Assembly (NCBI RefSeq): GCF_001194135.2
Contig: NC_068990.1
Location: 86,076,908 to 86,115,966, forward strand
Source: Octopus bimaculoides
Taxonomy: Eukaryota
DNA: 39,059 nucleotides
Direction of reading: 5' to 3'
Below the pieces are notes generated by a model, which worked only from the letters and a program-made list of their open reading frames with translations, searched no databases and had not been told where the DNA came from. The first letter of the stretch is position 1. Each line of letters opens with the position of its first letter. Position numbers and translations under genes: made by a program. This document shows, piece after piece, positions 35,170-39,059 of this stretch.

Positions 35170-35600
35170 TACTAGCAAAGTCTATTTCCAGTTACACTCT
35201 ACTCCAATTATTATTGATATAAATGTAAATTTTTTTTAATGGATCTAGAAGCTGGATGTTTTTGAAACAATTATCCATGGTTTCCTTCTTTCTCTTAGAT
35301 TCTCAAAGAGTTCACACCAGCAGGACAGCTGACCTCTATGACGGTCCATACTTTTTCCTGTCTGTCTAAAATAACAATATCCGGTCTGTTAGGCTTACAC
35401 TTGACAGATGTCTTGGTGGGAATATTCCACTAGTATTTCTAGTGCCGATATTTGTGTATGTATTCAGGAAGAGGGTGGGGTTCTCTATATTTATTCCAGG
35501 ATAGTCTTTTCCCCGAATGGTATTATATATTGTTTTTGTAACAACGTCGGGTTGCAGAGAGACGTAGTAGTAGCTTGATGACATTCGTGGGGAAGCTGCA
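35170..35600 (-). mobile_element. Decayed C-terminus of an RLE-type (R4/Dong-like) non-LTR retrotransposon
   Basis: Frameshifted translation: PRMSSSYY..L.PDVVTKTIYNTIR / WNIPTKTSVKCKPNRPDIVILDRQEKVWTVIEVSCPAGVN / FTFISIIIG; in-frame stops present. Confidence 0.8.
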
Positions 35601-35989
35601 AATCACGAGTTTATTAATTTTTTCAGTTTTGTATTTGTTATAAAAAATATTCTCAGATTCAACAAGATGTTTTATCTTTCTATTTTTCATATTTATTAAT
35701 TTTTTTCATTTTTTCTTTTTGTTTTATTGAGGGTTAAACAATTTTTTAGTTGAGGGAGATCACCCAATTTTTTAATGGGGGTGAGATAACCAAAAAGTGC
35801 CTGATGTTTTCCACAGAAATATGACAATCTACATTTTCAGTTGCATCTCGAAGCTCCAAGAGTTTAACTGTCACTTTTGTTTATTAGGTATTTCATACCA
35901 ATCTCCTGCTATTGGATTGCAAACGCATAACCTTCGCAATGTGATGTGATGTTGCAGTGACGAGTCCAAGAGAGACTTCGCTTCATGTT

Positions 35990-36206
35990 GATATTATCAG
36001 CAGATTCACAGTCAACATCAGAAGATTCACTGTTTCATCTTTCCATACAGCGTCATCCTGAGTACCATCCAGTGCAGATGATATAAAACATTTGATAAAA
36101 CTTTTCACAATAATCTGGGGGTCAAGTTCATTCCATGCATACACAATCCATTTACATATCAGTCAGGTCGGGAGCGCGAACCCTTCCACCTTTAGCGAAC
36201 AACTTT
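35990..36206 (-). mobile_element. pogo/Tigger-type transposase C-terminal remnant
   Basis: KGGRVRAPDLT / LICKWIVYAWNELDPQIIVKSFIKCFISSALDGTQDDAVW, with one frameshift. Confidence 0.82.
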
Positions 36207-36248
36207 TAGGATTCTTTTATGACTTCATTGCTTTCAACCTTAGCTTAA

Positions 36249-36526
36249 CCCATTACCTACCAGTGATCTCATATGAGATCACTTAAAAATTACAAATTTT
36301 GTAATTATCTGTCAATATTTACACATATCTAACCTTTTTGCTATATCTACTCGGTATATTTCTCTGATATTCAAATGAGGTTTGCTAATTTTTCACCCAA
36401 TATCTCGCTTATTTATATTTAAAAATGTTATTTTGATCATTCCAGCGTGTTTCTAAGGCTGTTTTATGCTAGAAATCAAAGTTTCATAAAAAAATTCCAG
36501 TTAATAGAATTATGGGAGGTAATGGG
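36249..36526. mobile_element. piggyBac-like MITE with internal 22-bp palindrome
   Basis: TTAA flanks (36245-36248, 36527-36530); TIR cccattacct(a/c)cc; palindrome 36262-36283. Confidence 0.78.
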
Positions 36527-36631
36527 TTAAGATATTTTCGCGCCCGATATCACAAAATGCGTCTGGTATAAACATTGCCGGGCAGCAAATAGAAACTCGG
36601 ACATTGCTTAGAAAATATTTTCAATTTTTAA

Positions 36632-36713
36632 CCTCGTATATAGTACGCACCAGGGATTTTGACCTTTAAATTTTGGGGAAAAAAATGCGGATTATACTCG
36701 AGGATTTACGGTA
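36632..36713 (+). mobile_element. pogo/Tc2-like terminal inverted repeat end
   Basis: ...tgcggattatactcgaggatttacgg|TA, with subterminal inverted copy cctcgtatatagtacgcac. Confidence 0.6.
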
Positions 36714-37570
36714 TATACGGACACATGTGCTGTGTCAATCTATATTTTATTTATTTATTTAATCCACCAGAAGCATTTTTGGTGCATGGGGAATAACTGC
36801 GATGCTGAATGGCAACTAAGACAGTTATTTTACAGGTCACGCCAGTGAGAGATGACGACGACGATGACTGCATGCAGATGCGTCTGGCTGTGGCGGGTGT
36901 CATAAGGTGGAGAAAGAAAGACAAGTTGAGTAAGGTGGCAAGTACATCACTGATGGAAAAAGATGGGTGGATGATGGAAGAGATAAATGAGGTCAGAGAA
37001 CTACGACGGAGAGAGACGGGGAGAGGGCGGAGGGAGGTGGCTGAGAGCAGTTGTAACAGAAAACATGTAAAAACTGAAAAACAAGGTTTAGTACGCCGAT
37101 CTGGCTCACACAACATGTTTCACAGATACGCCAGCAGATAGAGGGTGTGGCTCCCTAAATAAATAACCCACACTAGCCTTGTTGTACATAATGAGATAAT
37201 CATTTGTTTGTTGACAAATAAATAGTCTACCATAAAAAAAAAAAAAAACTGGCTTTGGCTCGTCAACAAAATATGAGAGATAAGCATTCTGTTTACCTCT
37301 CTCTCTGTGGTACAGGCACCAAGTCCGTATTTATGGACGCGTGCGCGTTTGTACACACACACATACGCTGACACACATTAATAGAGGCACACGCGCAAAT
37401 GAATCTCTCTCTCTCTCTCTATATATATATTTATATATATATAAATAATACAAAAGATATATAAGCATGTATACACACATATATGTACATACTTGCATCT
37501 ACATGTGTATATATAGATGCATATTCGGGTACAGGACGTTAGAAAAATGAACTACAGACAACGGAATGAA

Positions 37571-37658
37571 CCGTTTTCGTGCGGGTGACACGTAAAAGCA
37601 CCCACTACACTCTCTGAGTGGTTGGCGTTAGGAAGGGCATCCAGCTGTAAAAACTCTG
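37571..37658 (+). mobile_element. (GAT)n-family element fragment ending at a gap
   Basis: 87/88 identical to positions 31-118. Confidence 0.88.
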
Positions 37659-38035
37659 NNNNNNNNNNNNNNNNNNNNNNNNNNNNNNNNNNNNNNNNNN
37701 NNNNNNNNNNNNNNNNNNNNNNNNNNNNNNNNNNNNNNNNNNNNNNNNNNNNNNNNNNNNNNNNNNNNNNNNNNNNNNNNNNNNNNNNNNNNNNNNNNNN
37801 NNNNNNNNNNNNNNNNNNNNNNNNNNNNNNNNNNNNNNNNNNNNNNNNNNNNNNNNNNNNNNNNNNNNNNNNNNNNNNNNNNNNNNNNNNNNNNNNNNNN
37901 NNNNNNNNNNNNNNNNNNNNNNNNNNNNNNNNNNNNNNNNNNNNNNNNNNNNNNNNNNNGGTAAGGAACACTACATCCTGAAGTGTTGAGTACATTATAT
38001 TGTATCAGTATCCTGTGAAGGAATAAACACACGAG

Positions 38036-38073
<38 letters not shown>

Positions 38074-38237
38074 TAATTTAGAGATGAACCACCACGGTGC
38101 ACCTCAAACGATGAAGGAGATCAGACACCATCAAGAAAAGCATACTATACAAAATACTAGGTTAAAAATCTGAAAAATCCAAGAGAAAATTTGTGATCCA
38201 TAAAATCTATAAAATATTATTAAATTGTATATGTATG

Positions 38238-38280
<43 letters not shown>

Positions 38281-38803
38281 TAGTTTTTATGTATATATGT
38301 ATACATACACATATGCAAGTGTATGTGTGCTTGTATGTATATGCAAGCATACGTGTACGTTTTGAGTATAAAAAGCACGAGAGTGCAAGTACTCAATACA
38401 GAGGTAGCGTGTTTTGTTGTAGTGCTAAAGTTGATCTTTTACTCTGCATTTACAGAAACACATTTTCTCATACACACACTGTATGAGAAAAGGAAAATCA
38501 CAAAACACACAATACATTCTGTGGAACACATTAATATTTATCTATTTATTTATTTCTTCTTTGGCGACATGAACACTATTAGAAGTTTGTATGTGTGTGT
38601 GTGTGTGTGTGTGTTTGCTCAACTATGTTTCTATTTAAGACATATTTCTTTATATCTTTATTTTAGTATATATAACTGTCTATCTGTGTCTTATTTACCT
38701 AGCAGTCTACCTGTGTGTGTGCGTGCATTCACGCACGTATACATGCACATGTATCATACACACCTACTAATCCATCTATCCATTTCCTATTTTTATATGT
38801 ACT

Positions 38804-38836
<33 letters not shown>

Positions 38837-38915
38837 GTTTATCTCTTTGCTCAACTTCTTTATATATATATATAATCGAACTCAAATATTTACCTCTATT
38901 TAACCATTTCCCACC

Positions 38916-38963
38916 GTCTCTGATGAAGGGATATCCATAATATCCCAGAAACAGCTGTAAGAC
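38916..38963 (+). ncRNA. Candidate minimal type I hammerhead ribozyme
   Basis: GTCT / CTGATGA / A / GGGATAT-ccata-ATATCCC / A / GAAAC-AGCT-GTA / AGAC. Stems I, II and III are all identifiable by eye. Confidence 0.6.
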
Positions 38964-39059
38964 TATATTTATACCTTTTTCCTTATAAATGTCCTGAGAA
39001 CTCCACATAGACTTGGCTTTGTTATCTCATTTTGTCTAATATATATATATATATATATA

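Noticed and set aside
35366-35584. ORF as the next upstream exon of the SUSD2-like gene
   Set aside because: Its best donor gives phase 0 whereas exon 34408 needs phase 1, and the sequence is better explained as an RLE retrotransposon relic.
36751-37141. Overlapping 121-aa (-) and 110-aa (+) ORFs as genes
   Set aside because: Low-complexity Ser or Arg/Glu composition from purine-rich tracts, with no domain, signal peptide or in-phase donor identified.

Overview
AT-rich, microsatellite-dense eukaryotic DNA with seven assembly gaps. The SINE families and (GAT)n-tailed repeats look like those of Octopus/coleoid cephalopods (inference from pattern recognition). There are two convergent, spliced, 5'-incomplete genes, reconstructed by hand from GT-AG signals with consistent phases. 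(1) Plus strand, 379-5657, 7 exons, about 205 aa: C-terminal half of a JmjC/cupin-like 2OG-Fe(II) oxygenase, followed by an EF-hand and the ER-retrieval-type terminus HEEL*. (2) Minus strand, 34408-16358, 13 exons, about 700 aa: SUSD2/Mesh/MUC4-like type I membrane protein (AMOP, vWD with GDPH, Sushi, TM, 67-aa tail). Introns and the intergenic region hold tRNA-headed SINEs, a (GAT)n-tailed element with a 66-bp internal VNTR, RTE and R4-type LINE relics, and mariner, pogo and piggyBac-like elements. Best leads: the putative ER-luminal Ca-binding JmjC enzyme; minimal type I hammerhead ribozyme motifs in small repeats, one inside a fold-back element with a tRNA-like head; and a 138-bp locally templated insertion with a 14-bp target duplication. 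No prokaryotic systems, CRISPR or rRNA are supported. All homology calls come from motif recognition, not database searches.
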